Part shown: positions 52,211-64,000 of the stretch, piece by piece
Numbering within the stretch: position 1 is the first letter of the stretch
How the letters are laid out: every line of letters begins with the position of its first letter
Assembly: GCF_001194135.2 (NCBI RefSeq)
Contig: NC_068985.1
Location: 16,783,902-16,847,901, forward strand
DNA: 64,000 nucleotides
Source of the DNA: Octopus bimaculoides
Taxonomy: Eukaryota
Reading direction: 5' to 3'
Program-made: the position numbers and the translations under genes
The notes under the pieces: model-generated
Database searches by the model: none
Seen by the model: only the letters and a program-made list of their open reading frames with translations
Told to the model about the DNA's origin: nothing

Positions 52211-54463
52211 GTGTTGCATCTTATTGCTTAATTAGATGACATTTTAGTCTTGCTTAGATTATTTCTATTTAGGAGATAAAATATATTCTGAACAAATGAT
52301 CAAATAAAATAAGTATTTGGGATCAGTTTTGAAGACTAATTATATTCTAATTAGAATATAAAAACATGGTTGCCTTGCAATTCAGTATACTCTACTGGTC
52401 CTCTAATTTCATTGAAAGATATTCTGTTATAAAATATGCATTATAAGGATCTTAATTTCTTGTATGAAATGTAGATGCAGTTATGAGAACAATATAATTC
52501 TTGAAACGGTCATGAGAATAACATTGTTTAACTTATGTTTGGAAATGTTTAACATAAGACTTTTAGCTACAAAAGCTACAGAAGTTCTATGATGACAAAA
52601 ATCACAAAATATGTGTCAAACCTTTCTTTAGTGTGTTAAATTAATCATTTTAAATATTTTGTAGTATCTGAGTATGTTTAGGAAATTGATTACTTAATTA
52701 TTTTGCATTTTATTGAAACACATCTTTTTAAAAGAGATGAAAATATGTGGTTGAGCCCCAGGTCAAACCTGATAAAGCAGATCCAAAATCAAAGGCTTCC
52801 CAGCTGTGACCTTTCCATCTTTTTTTCGGATTATTTGGTTCTACATTAGTTAATGTGTCCTTTAAGATGGTAGGGTGTGAATTGAAGGAAATTTGACCGA
52901 CTGAGATATAACATAGATCCTCTCATTGGCTCCAAAAGTTTGGATGCCATTTAAAAAGAATTAAAAATTTGAATGTTTGGTTATCTAAACAAATTAAGCA
53001 TCAAACAGGTGAAATATTGACATCAAAAGGATATATTTATTTAGTATCAGTTGTATTTTACCTTTAACTTATACATTTTTTTCTGAGTGAAAATGTCTGC
53101 CCTTAATTTAATATTAGGTTAATTTGTATGAGGGACAAAACAAAGTGGAAACTATCTTTCACCTCTTTCCTTCATTCTTTTATTATTATTTTGTTTTTGT
53201 CTTAGCTTCTTCAAACTCCCAATAGAGATCTTAGGATTCAAATTTTTTTCTGGAACTTTTACTTTTAACAATATTTCCCTGAAATTATAGTGGACACAAC
53301 ATATACTTTTTCTGGTTTCTCTGTGTTGTGTGGACGTAACTTGACCAAAAAAAAAAAGATGAAATACTTATAAGACCAAAGAAATTTCTAAATCTCAATA
53401 CAGCTGTATTTTCATAGTCCTTTATACTAACAGATGTTGAACTTGTTAATGGACCTGTGATTGTATTCTGTCCATTACTACCTGCTGTCCAGGAAATATT
53501 TTGTTTCTTTTCGCAATTTTGACTGGTAAAATATACTGGAGAGAGGAGACTGCGGACAATTGCTGCTGCTGCTAATTGGATGTTTGACCTGCTCAACGTT
53601 GACCTGGTGTTTCTATAAGAATTGTGTCAAAAACATTTTTTCCATTGACCATTCTTGAAAGATTATTGACTCATAAACTTCTCTATCACCCTAGATAATG
53701 TGATAAATAGAATGGTAAAATGGGGGAGGGGGTTATGAATATGGAATCAAACACTTTTGAATCTTGATTTCCTGAAATAAATATCATGACTTATTGGATA
53801 GGTATTTTGAGTTGGTCTGGGCTTTAATATTCTTTAACATTTTTCACATTTTGAGACTTATTACATCAATGCATTTAGAATTTATGTCAAGAAAATAAAT
53901 ATGTAAAAAGTTCAAATTTTATTGATATGAATGCCTTTTAAATGATTCATTAAACAGAATGTATATTCTATTATTCATTACTAGTATGCCCTTCTCTCTC
54001 TCTCTTTATTTGAACATGCTTCTTGACATACTCTGTATAAATGCATTGATAAATGTTTTTGCATTTAGTGAGTAAACAGTTTTTAGACCATCAACTCTAT
54101 AGTTTCTACCCAACAAGATTAATTCAAGTTTAAAGGATGTGGATTATTATTTGGAGATGGAGTGGTGGGGTAACATAATTTGTCTTTCAGTCTTTGGAAA
54201 TGTTTAATGTTGTTGTTTCAGCTAATAATTTTAAACTGTTTTTCAATTTGAGATTTTGCAGCTACCTGCTCAATGAATAAAACTGCTCAGTAAATGCTCC
54301 AGTTAGTATCTTATCACCATCACTGCTATACAATATGGACAGTACTAACTTACAATTGTGAGATCCAGACCTGTGATCAAAGGCCAGTTGTGACCACCTC
54401 ATCTGAGTCCTCTCCCCGTTTCTCATGCATTAGACAATATTATCTGATATGTTCTTGTCTTAA

Positions 54464-54725
54464 CCCTTTCAATACTAACATGCTGTGACTACCTCAGGTT
54501 CTTTAATCCAAAAACACAAAACTGTCCATTTTAAAGTGTTCATATTTAAATGAAAGCCTATCACAATTTTGTTGTAAGAATTTTCATGTAAATATGTTCC
54601 AAACACCTGATTCTTAATAGCAAAATTGATTATTTTAATCAACACAAATTCCTGAATGTTCTCAAAACTAATTGAAATACAGTCACAAAACAGTTCAGAC
54701 ACTAGAGTAGTATAATTTGAAGGAA
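54464..54725. mobile_element. TTAA-CCCTTT MITE related to the 7780 element, degraded right end
   Basis: Starts TTAA|CCCTTTCAATAC. Internal motifs resemble the reverse complement of 7780-7996. Confidence 0.6.
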
Positions 54726-57250
54726 ATTTAGTTGTTGTTTGTTGCAAATCAAGCAAACAAATAACAGATTCCTCATTGGCTCATTGTAGTTAGATGAATT
54801 ATCAGTGTGTAACACACTTGGTTGTTCAAACCTATGATGTCAATACTGGTGACTTAATGATACATTGACACAAGTAGCTGGTCAACTTGTGAAAGTTATA
54901 ATTTCTCTAAGTGTTTAATGGTTCTATAGGAAGTCTGTATTTGCATCTTTACGTTTACTTCTCAACAGTGCATGCTGTGATATTCTGTGCAGATATATGG
55001 TTGTCAGTAATCTACTTTCAGTTTGATGATATCAACTTATCAGTTGTCATTCACTGTTGTGGTTTTCTTACTGAATGCACATTGACTGGTTAGTTTGCCA
55101 GTTCCACCAGCATCTGTCCAGGCACTTTGATTGGTCTGACAATCATTTGAAACAATGCCAGATTAAAGCTTTTCGCTGTACCTGATGATGATCATCATGC
55201 TCTATATTGTGGTTTATGTCAAGCTCACAACGACCAGATTAAGTTAATCTGCTGATTTTGTGTCACATTGCCACCAGACTTAGACACAGATAATTACTCA
55301 CCTGTCTGCCAGCATTGATGATAATGTAGGGTAGGGTAAATGTAATCCCTCTAGAAAAGAAAGAGACAGAAGTCATGTCCAACTTTATGCAGAATTAACA
55401 CTGCCCATTTTGTTGCTTGGTAATCACCATACTCCAGTACCACTCCACATAATTATCTGCAAGCTGGTGATACATTGCCCCTATCACAGCCAGGGGCTGG
55501 CAGACTGAATAAATGAATGCTAACAATGGGATGATCACACAAGCTAATTAAAAATCCAACCTGCAAAATTGCTTGTACAAAATAGGAGCACTATTTAATT
55601 AGAATACAAAATAACATTACCAGCTGTCATGAGTGCCATTTAGAGGTAGTAGTTGTCTGAATGAATTGTCTCAGATTTACAACCTGAAGTCTGTCAATAA
55701 GTGGTGCCTCTATGGATGCAGTGTGTTATGTTGCTTAACATTTAGTGCCATGATATATGCTGAATAATATGTGGGTGGAGCTTAACAAAATTGGAAGGAT
55801 ATATTAATGAGTACATTTATTTTTATCTAAACTTAAAACCTGTATCTAAGCTTAATGGTAGGGGGTGTCTGATAAGCAATTTTTTAATTCTAGTGACCTG
55901 TTGGAAATAACTAAATTCACCATACCTGAGAAAAAAAAATGAAATTACAGAATGGCCATGGGATGGAATGTCTTTAGACATAAGTTGGTTCAATCAGGGC
56001 TAAACAACAGTAATAAATTATGAAGTTAAAGGTTACAACCAACTTGCACAGTCTGAAATCTATCTTTGACAACCTAGATTATAGGCTTGTTAAATTATTA
56101 CTTTAGGTATCATTTAAAAAACTGATGTCATTCAACAAATATTTGAAATTTTAATATAAACTTTAGGTTTAATCAGTGAGAAATAATATATATGAGCACA
56201 AAATACTATTTTGTTGGTTCTCATATAATAATAATAATCTACACAGGGTAATATCTTCATTTTATTCAGAATATCATTGAATAATCTTCCTATTTGTTGT
56301 CCTGTATTCTAAAAAGTTACAGGTGAATGAGGTTTGCAGAAATTCTGAATAAACTGCTCAAAAATAATTGTGTATATTTCCTTGTTGGATGTCAGTTTTT
56401 CTATTGACAATATGTAGTGTAGAGTGGCAGAAATAATAGAATATTTTGTCTTAAAGGTTTCCGTTATTACCTCTGTGATTTGAGATCTTGCCATATCAAC
56501 TTTGCCTTTCATTGTTTTCAGGGGTCAATAAAATAAATACCAGTCAAGTACTGGAGTTGATTAATTCAATCACCTATACTTTTTCTCTATAACTGCAATC
56601 TAATGAGAGAGCCTCTGTGTAGTTGCTCTATCTGCAAGAAATAGCAGCCTAATTCCCTCAAAATATAACCTATTGTCTTAAATCGAAAAAAAGAGTACAT
56701 TAGACAATGGAGGCCCAGGTACACATACAAAAAAAAATGGAGGGTGAGGGATTGTTTAATGAGAGAACATCTTTGATTTTAAGTATACTCAGTAAAGGCT
56801 ACTTGGAATAATTAACTTTTGGGGGAATTCATTATTTGGCTCAAGTTCAAACCATGTCACATGATTTTTATCTTAAGTTATTGAAATAAATTACAAATCT
56901 TGCTCTTAAGATAATACAATTAATTGTACCCACCACCCTCTCCTAAAGATTTAATATTTTGTATTAATGAAAGAAAGAATTTCTCAGTGTTATTTCTGTT
57001 TCATGGACGCAGGGGAGAGAGTAAGTAAAACTGTCTCAAGTCTTTTCTTTGTTATTCTCTCCCAGGGACAGTTCCCCACTTTCAAAGGTGTATAAGTGAC
57101 TGAAATTGCAACATTCCTCCTTAATTGGATGCCAGTTCATTGCAGGGTTATTCATTTACAGATGAATGAACTGGAGCAATGTTAAATGAGATGTCTTGCT
57201 CAAGAATACAAAGCACTGCCTGATCCTTCACTGTGGGAAAGAGAGACTAA

Positions 57251-57720
57251 TCATCATCATCATCAACATCGTTTAACGTCTGCTTTCCATGCTAGCATGG
57301 GTTGGACGATTGGACTGAGGACTGGTGAACTGGATGGCTGCACCAGGTTCCAATCTGATCTGACAGAGTTTCTACAGCTGGATGCCCTTCCTAATGCCAA
57401 TCACTCCGTGAGTGTAGTGGGTGCTTTTACGTGCCGCCGGCACAGGAGCCAGTCAGGTGGTACTGGCAACAGCGATGCTCAAATGGTGTTTTTTTACATG
57501 CCACCTGCACAGGAGCCAGTCCAGCAGCACTGGCAACAACCTCGCTTGAATGTTTTCTAACATGCCACTGGCACAAGTGCCAGTAAGGCGACGCTGGTAA
57601 CGATCACGCTCAGATGGTGCTATTTATGTGCCACTGGCATGGAAGCCAGACAGCTGCTCTGGCAATGATCATGCTCGGACAGTGCTGTTAGTGCTCCACT
57701 GGCACAGGTGCCAGTCATCG
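57251..57720 (-). mobile_element. RTE LINE 3' UTR copy with about 4.5 tandem units of about 65 nt
   Basis: Homologous to 32663-33175 and 44119-44620; (CAT)n tail at 57251. Confidence 0.88.
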
Positions 57721-57798
57721 AATGATTAAAATGTAACTGAGGATTGGTTGATCAATGAGTTGTTGCACTTCTTAGAACTTTAATTATAATCTCAAATA

Positions 57799-58164
57799 CT
57801 CTTTTACTTGTTTCAGTCATTTGACTGTGGCCATGCTGGAGCACCGCCTTTAGTTGAGCAAATCGATCCTAGTACTTATTCTATCGGTCTCTTTTGCCGA
57901 ACCGCTAAGTTACGGGGACGTAAACACACCAACATCGGTTGCCAAGCAATATTGAAGGGGACAAACATATACACACACATACATATATATAGATACATAT
58001 ATACGACAGGCTTTCTTTCAGTTTCTGTCTACCAAATCCACTCACAAGGCTTTGGTCGGCCCGAGGCTATAGTAGAAGACACTTGCCCAAGGTGCCACGC
58101 AGTGGGACTGAACCTGGAACCATGCGGTTTGTAAGGAAGCTACTTACCACACAGCCACGCCTAC
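57799..58164 (-). mobile_element. SINE family C, CpG-rich (young) copy
   Basis: Reverse complement of the 10484 and 63353 elements, with many CpGs retained. Confidence 0.8.
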
Positions 58165-61100
58165 ACAAAAATATTAATCAGGTAGTCTTCTATATTTGTA
58201 TTGATTGATTGATTGATTATCTCAAAGTAACCATTACTAACACAATTACAGCGTAGAAGACATATTTTAGCCATTTGAAAACCAGAAAAGTTAATTTCAC
58301 TTATGTTATTTGGTGTCAGAACTTTCATTGCACCAACCATGACCTGGTCACTGACACAGTTCTACTGGTACCAGTTGCAATGAAATTGTGTCAGTGCCCA
58401 GGTTGCAACAAAAATTTTAACACCAAATGTTTCAGTGAAGTTAACAGTTTTTGTGTTTTTAAATGGTTAATATGTGACTTCTGTGCAGATATTGTTTTAG
58501 TTTTCAGAGACATACTTATCTGGCTAGTGATTTAATATGAGTCAATCACTAAATAATCTCAAAATCAAAGTTAAATAAATGAAATTATACAGACCTATAT
58601 GAGAACACCTTCCTGTGGTTTTACATGTGACAGCACTGGTGTTGGTGCCAGTAGTAAGCACTTGATGGTGCCATATAAAAAAACCCACTAAAGTGGTTGG
58701 CATTAGGAAAGGCATTCCACCATAGAAACCAAGCCAAACAGACTGGAACCTGGTTTTACCTGCATGGAAAACAGATGTTAAATGATGATTAAACGAATGA
58801 GGGTATTCTTGTACAGTAACTCGCCTTGCTAATAATAGCAGCTGAATTTTCCCCTCAGTTTCACACACTACAGACACTGAAAAAAATTAGGACATTGGAC
58901 AAAAGTGTTCCAGGCTGGAGGTGGGGTGGAGATTAAAGATGGAATGGTTATGGTTGGGTTGTCTGCACAATCAGAGCGAAACAGTAATGACATGATACAA
59001 ATGTTTTAAAGTATTTGTATTTGAATAAAAATATTCCATCATAAGTGTTACACTCCAAGCACCAGCTTAGTAACAGAAAACTGGGTTATTTCCCCAACCT
59101 CCCCCAATACTTGCTTATTTTCAAAGATAATTGAAATGCATGGTCATTATATTCCATTGGGAATATGTTTATGAAAGGTTTAAACTATTAATTTTAGGCC
59201 TTCATTTGTAATCTAAATAACTTATATATCAGTATCTCTTTTTATTTTTATTGACTATAAAAAAACCAATAGAATCAGCAGTGGATGGGAAACAATTCTT
59301 TCCATTGGTGTAGATGAACAAAAGAACTCAAAAGTGTTAATTTGATAGTGAGTTCATGTACTCTGTGTACTTTGTGACATTGTGAAAAACTCTATTGTGA
59401 GGGAAAGTGTTAAGGGGGCATATGATGGACTCAGTACTCAACTAAATGAATAAAATAACTAGGAATGTTTAACACCCATACACAATGTATTTATAAGCAT
59501 ATATGTATATACATTTATATAGATATATACAAACAAATATGTGTAATATAAACTAGCAAAAAGGTAATATTACTTCTTGTATTATTATAAATTCCTTTCA
59601 CTGAATTATTTTTTTATATCTGTAAAAGATATTTCTTATCTGAAGTAGAAGTTATTTTCTTTTCTTTTAATTCCCTATGTCAAGTAATGAACAGTAACAT
59701 TGTTTGTTACAGGTTTCTAACTGGCCATTCACAGGTACAATACATTTTTGGAGGTAAGAGTAACAAGAGTACAGAACAAGTATTTCAAGGGCCTTCATTC
59801 AAACTCCTTCGGCTTTTTTAGACAACGTTATATATATATATATATATATATACATCCAGTATCCAGGGTTTCATCACACTTGAGGGAAGAACCCTTCCTT
59901 GGACTCCCTCTCCTGCTGCCTGTTGTGGTCATCTATTAAATAATAATAATGAAATTATTGTGTATAGTGCCCAGGTGCACTACAACTCATCAAAGGTGCA
60001 TGGACAGTACATAGAATTATGTACAAAAGTCAGGAAAGTGAACAGTGTATGAGTCATGGTCTACATGTTTGCATGTATATGGAGGTGGGGTATCAGGTGT
60101 AGTATTGGTGAATTTCAGGAAGCATGGAGGTTTTAAAGAGTGCAATGTCTTGGCAGATAGAGAAATATTTGACACAAACATAGTATGCCAATGGACTAGC
60201 TTAAAAATAAAGTACAAAATTATATATGTAAAGTTTCTATTAGTGACACAAGGCCTGAAATTTGGGTGGGGGAAAAGTAGTCAAATTTTAATTCAAAATG
60301 TAAAGCTAGAAGAAACACTGTTTAGCATGCTAATGATTGTACCAGCTCCCCATGTGTGCTTGTTGTTCTGGACTTATGAATTCTTAGATGACTGTATATA
60401 TGTATGACGGCATGAAAAATACAGACTTCACTAGTGTTGATATCATCAAAAAGCCACCCAGGATATTCTATTAAGTGGATGGTGTTAAGAAGGATATCCT
60501 GCCATAGAATCCATGTTAAAGCAGACATTGGAGCACAGGTGCACTCTTTAGACCCATTGAATCTTGTCAAAACATCCAATCAATGCCAACATTGACTTTA
60601 AATGATGATGATGACGATGGTGGACTGTCACATAGTTTCATTCCAACAAATTCCTTTCTCCCAAAGCTATTGTGCAAGACACATTCCCAAGATGATGGAA
60701 TCTAAAACCACCTGGGTGTATATTGAAATTTGTAACCATACATGCCTTAAGTCAATGTTAAAAAAATCTAATTTGTCATTACAACACTTTTTTTTGTATG
60801 AATTTAGTAAAGTTTTATTGTGACACAAAATAGAAATCTCGCAATGTCTTCTGAAACTTACCTACCTGAACTACATTACAAACATATGAATAATTCTTAA
60901 GCAACATTCCTGATACATAGTTTCTGCCTACTTTGAGTTAAACAATAGTACTTCTGTTAGGCTATCCAATCTCGTCACCTCTCTCCCATTTGAATGAAAC
61001 AACTTCAATATTATGAGCCAATGACAGAGCCCCTATGTGGTTATGAAACCTGTTAGAAATAACAGCCAAATCTCCCTCAATGCACACTATTATTTTGAAA

Positions 61101-61627
61101 GATTGTATTGGATAATTTAGTATTTGGTACATGATATCTTCAAAGAAGAGCTGGTCATTATTGAATGATTTTTGTCTTGGGTCTGCTCAATTGAAAATGA
61201 CCTGGGGCTAAACAATGACCACTGCAGTTATTACATGGATGTTAGAAATAGCAGCCAAGTCCCCCCTCCTTACTGTCTTCAAATTCGAAAAATTCAGTGG
61301 ATAAGTAGTCCCAAGTATGCAAAAATAATAAGATGGTCAGATTTGGAACATTTTTGACCAAACAAACCCAAAGTTCTGGAAATAACAAACAAATCTCTCT
61401 TAAATTATATCCTAACATCTTGATGAATTATGTAGTGCTAAATACACAATGTCTGGACAGTAACAACGGATCATCATTGATCATAAGTCTGTTCAGTCCA
61501 CACTGACCTGACTGGAACTAAACAACATATTCTAAGACTAAGACTAGCTGATAGGATGAATAGCTTGTTACCTTGCTCCCTAGATTTATGTCTAAATGTA
61601 AGTATTGTAAGTATTATAGTTACATTG

Positions 61628-61919
61628 TGGAGGTGCAATGGCCCAGTGGTTAGGGCAGCGGACTCGCAGTTTCGATTCCCAGACCGGGCGTTGTGAGTGT
61701 TTATTGAGTGAAAACACCTAAAAGCTTCACGAGGCTCCAGCAGGGGTTGGTGGCGAACCCTACTGTACTCTTTCACCGCAACTTTCTCTCACTCTTACTT
61801 CCTGTTTCTGTTGTACCGGTATTTCAAAGGGTCAGCCTTGTTACACTCTGTGTCATGCTGAATATCCCCGAGAACTACGTTAAGGGTACACGTGTCTGTG
61901 GAGTGCTCAGCCACTTGCA
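61628..61919 (+). mobile_element. tRNA-derived SINE (family A), second copy, runs into a gap
   Basis: Highly similar to 1735-2030 with the same A and B boxes. Confidence 0.85.
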
Positions 61920-63352
61920 NNNNNNNNNNNNNNNNNNNNNNNNNNNNNNNNNNNNNNNNNNNNNNNNNNNNNNNNNNNNNNNNNNNNNNNNNNNNNNNNN
62001 NNNNNNNNNNNNNNNNNNNNNNNNNNNNNNNNNNNNNNNNNNNNNNNNNNNNNNNNNNNNNNNNNNNNNNNNNNNNNNNNNNNNNNNNNNNNNNNNNNNN
62101 NNNNNNNNNNNNNNNNNNNNNNNNNNNNNNNNNNNNNNNNNNNNNNNNNNNNNNNNNNNNNNNNNNNNNNNNNNNNNNNNNNNNNNNNNNNNNNNNNNNN
62201 NNNNNNNNNNNNNNNNNNNNNNNNNNNNNNNNNNNNNNNNNNNNNNNNNNNNNNNNNNNNNNNNNNNNNNNNNNNNNNNNNNNNNNNNNNNNNNNNNNNN
62301 NNNNNNNNNNNNNNNNNNNNNNNNNNNNNNNNNNNNNNNNNNNNNNNNNNNNNNNNNNNNNNNNNNNNNNNNNNNNNNNNNNNNNNNNNNNNNNNNNNNN
62401 NNNNNNNNNNNNNNNNNNNNNNNNNNNNNNNNNNNNNNNNNNNNNNNNNNNNNNNNNNNNNNNNNNNNNNNNNNNNNNNNNNNNNNNNNNNNNNNNNNNN
62501 NNNNNNNNNNNNNNNNNNNNNNNNNNNNNNNNNNNNNNNNNNNNNNNNNNNNNNNNNNNNNNNNNNNNNNNNNNNNNNNNNNNNNNNNNNNNNNNNNNNN
62601 NNNNNNNNNNNNNNNNNNNNNNNNNNNNNNNNNNNNNNNNNNNNNNNNNNNNNNNNNNNNNNNNNNNNNNNNNNNNNNNNNNNNNNNNNNNNNNNTATAT
62701 ATAAGCATAAATATTCCCGTGTTCACACATGAATTAAGTTATTACTACTGTTAATATCATCTGCATTGAATATTTTTAAGTGATAATATTAACAACAGTA
62801 ATGGCTATTCAAAGAAAAAAAAAAGAATATTACCAGCAATAATATGCCTGGTGCTAACTTTAAATTTTATAGCTATATGCTATTAGACCTGTTGAACTGC
62901 TGTTAATATTATCACTTAAAAATATTCACTGCAAATGATATTAACAGTAGTGATATCTTTATTCATGTGTGAACACTTGAATATTTTGGCTTATATATAT
63001 TTTGCACCATGTGGATCAGCTTTGGCACAAAACAAGCCATAACACAAGTGGATTTATAGTGTAATGAGCTTAGAATTTTTACCAGTGACTCATACTGAAG
63101 AAGGTTGAGGCCCTTGGGCCAGAAACCAAAGCAATGGTATATGAGTATCTGAATGGCATATTCTTTAAAGGTGTTCTTTTTTTACTGTCTTAATTCTTTA
63201 TCCGTTTTCTCACCTACTGTTGTTTTTCTGTTACTTGGTGCACTCAGGCAGTTGAATTAGGAATTTAGCTCCTATTTCTAAATGGATCAATGCAGTTTCC
63301 GCATCCTCATGACTTGTGCTATCTTTAAATTTTTTATATATATATATATATT

Positions 63353-63738
63353 GGAGTGGCTGTGTGGTAAGAAGCTTGCTTCCCAACCACATGATTCTGG
63401 ATTCAGTCTCACTGCATGACACCTTGGGCAAGTGTCTTGTACTATAGCCTTGGGCTGACTGTAGGCTTGTAAGTGGATTTGGTAGACAGAAACTGAAAGA
63501 AGCCCATCATATATATATATATATATATATTTATGAGTATGTGTCTGTGTTTGTTCTCTCACCATCATTTGACAACTGATGTTGGTGTGTTTACATCCCT
63601 GTAATCTAGCAGTTCAGCAAAAGAGACTGATAAAATAAGTACTAGGCTTACAAAGATTAAGTCCTGGGGTCGATTTGTTCTACTAAAGGCAGTGCTCCAG
63701 CATGGCTGTAGTCAAATGACTAAAACAAGTAAAAGAAT
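63353..63738 (+). mobile_element. SINE family C with an internal (TA)n
   Basis: Collinear with 10484-10893. Confidence 0.8.
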
Positions 63739-63742
63739 AATA

Positions 63743-63778
<36 letters not shown>

Positions 63779-64000
63779 TATTATACTTTTATATTGTTGA
63801 ATAGTAGTTATAGCATATAACTGGTTAGAATGTTACCACTGGTTTCACACCTACTACTATTGCTCTTGGCAATATTGATGGCTCTTCAGTTCAAGTATGG
63901 TTCAAGTTGTTCCAGTAGTTTCCAATTGATTTTGTGCAGTGTTCTTTCCTCTTCTACTCACCATATATAGCTGGTTAATATTGTTCCCCCACAAACTCTT

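Noticed and set aside
54475-54756. 93-aa minus-strand ORF with plausible splice sites
   Set aside because: It lies almost entirely within a TTAA-CCCTTT MITE related to 7780-7996.
63231-63330. Minus-strand peptide DSTSHEDAETALIHLEIGAKFLIQLPECTK
   Set aside because: All frames stop before the only strong donor, there is no recognisable homology, and it abuts a SINE.
63962-64000. Minus-strand segment before a GTGAGT donor, reading RVCGGTILT (trypsin-like CGG motif) in one frame
   Set aside because: Only 39 nt at the window edge, with two open frames; it cannot be supported.

Overview
AT-rich, repeat-dense animal genomic DNA with six N-gaps. The SINE, RTE and MITE families look like those of octopus genomes; the species is my inference. 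One protein-coding gene is firmly supported: ARF6 on the + strand, CDS join(34697..34778,41920..42023,47275..47473,49260..49402), 528 nt, 175 aa. Its first coding intron (34779-41919, 7141 nt) carries minor-spliceosome (U12-type) signals: donor GTATCCTTT, and a TTTCTTAAC branch point whose A lies about 9-10 nt before the end of the intron. The protein has Ser at the normally conserved Asn60 and Lys at the normally conserved Arg100. The rest is mostly transposon debris. This includes a start-to-stop fossil of a hAT Buster/Charlie transposase (16274-18482), Buster-type MITEs with 8-bp TSDs, TTAA-flanked MITEs, RTE and CR1-group LINE fossils, and several tRNA-derived SINE families. RTE 3' UTRs carry an array of about 65-nt hairpin units. 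I see no CRISPR array, rRNA or functional tRNA gene. Most ORFs in the supplied track are microsatellite, gap or repeat artefacts. Repeat boundaries were placed by eye (about +/-20 nt) unless a TSD or TIR fixes them.
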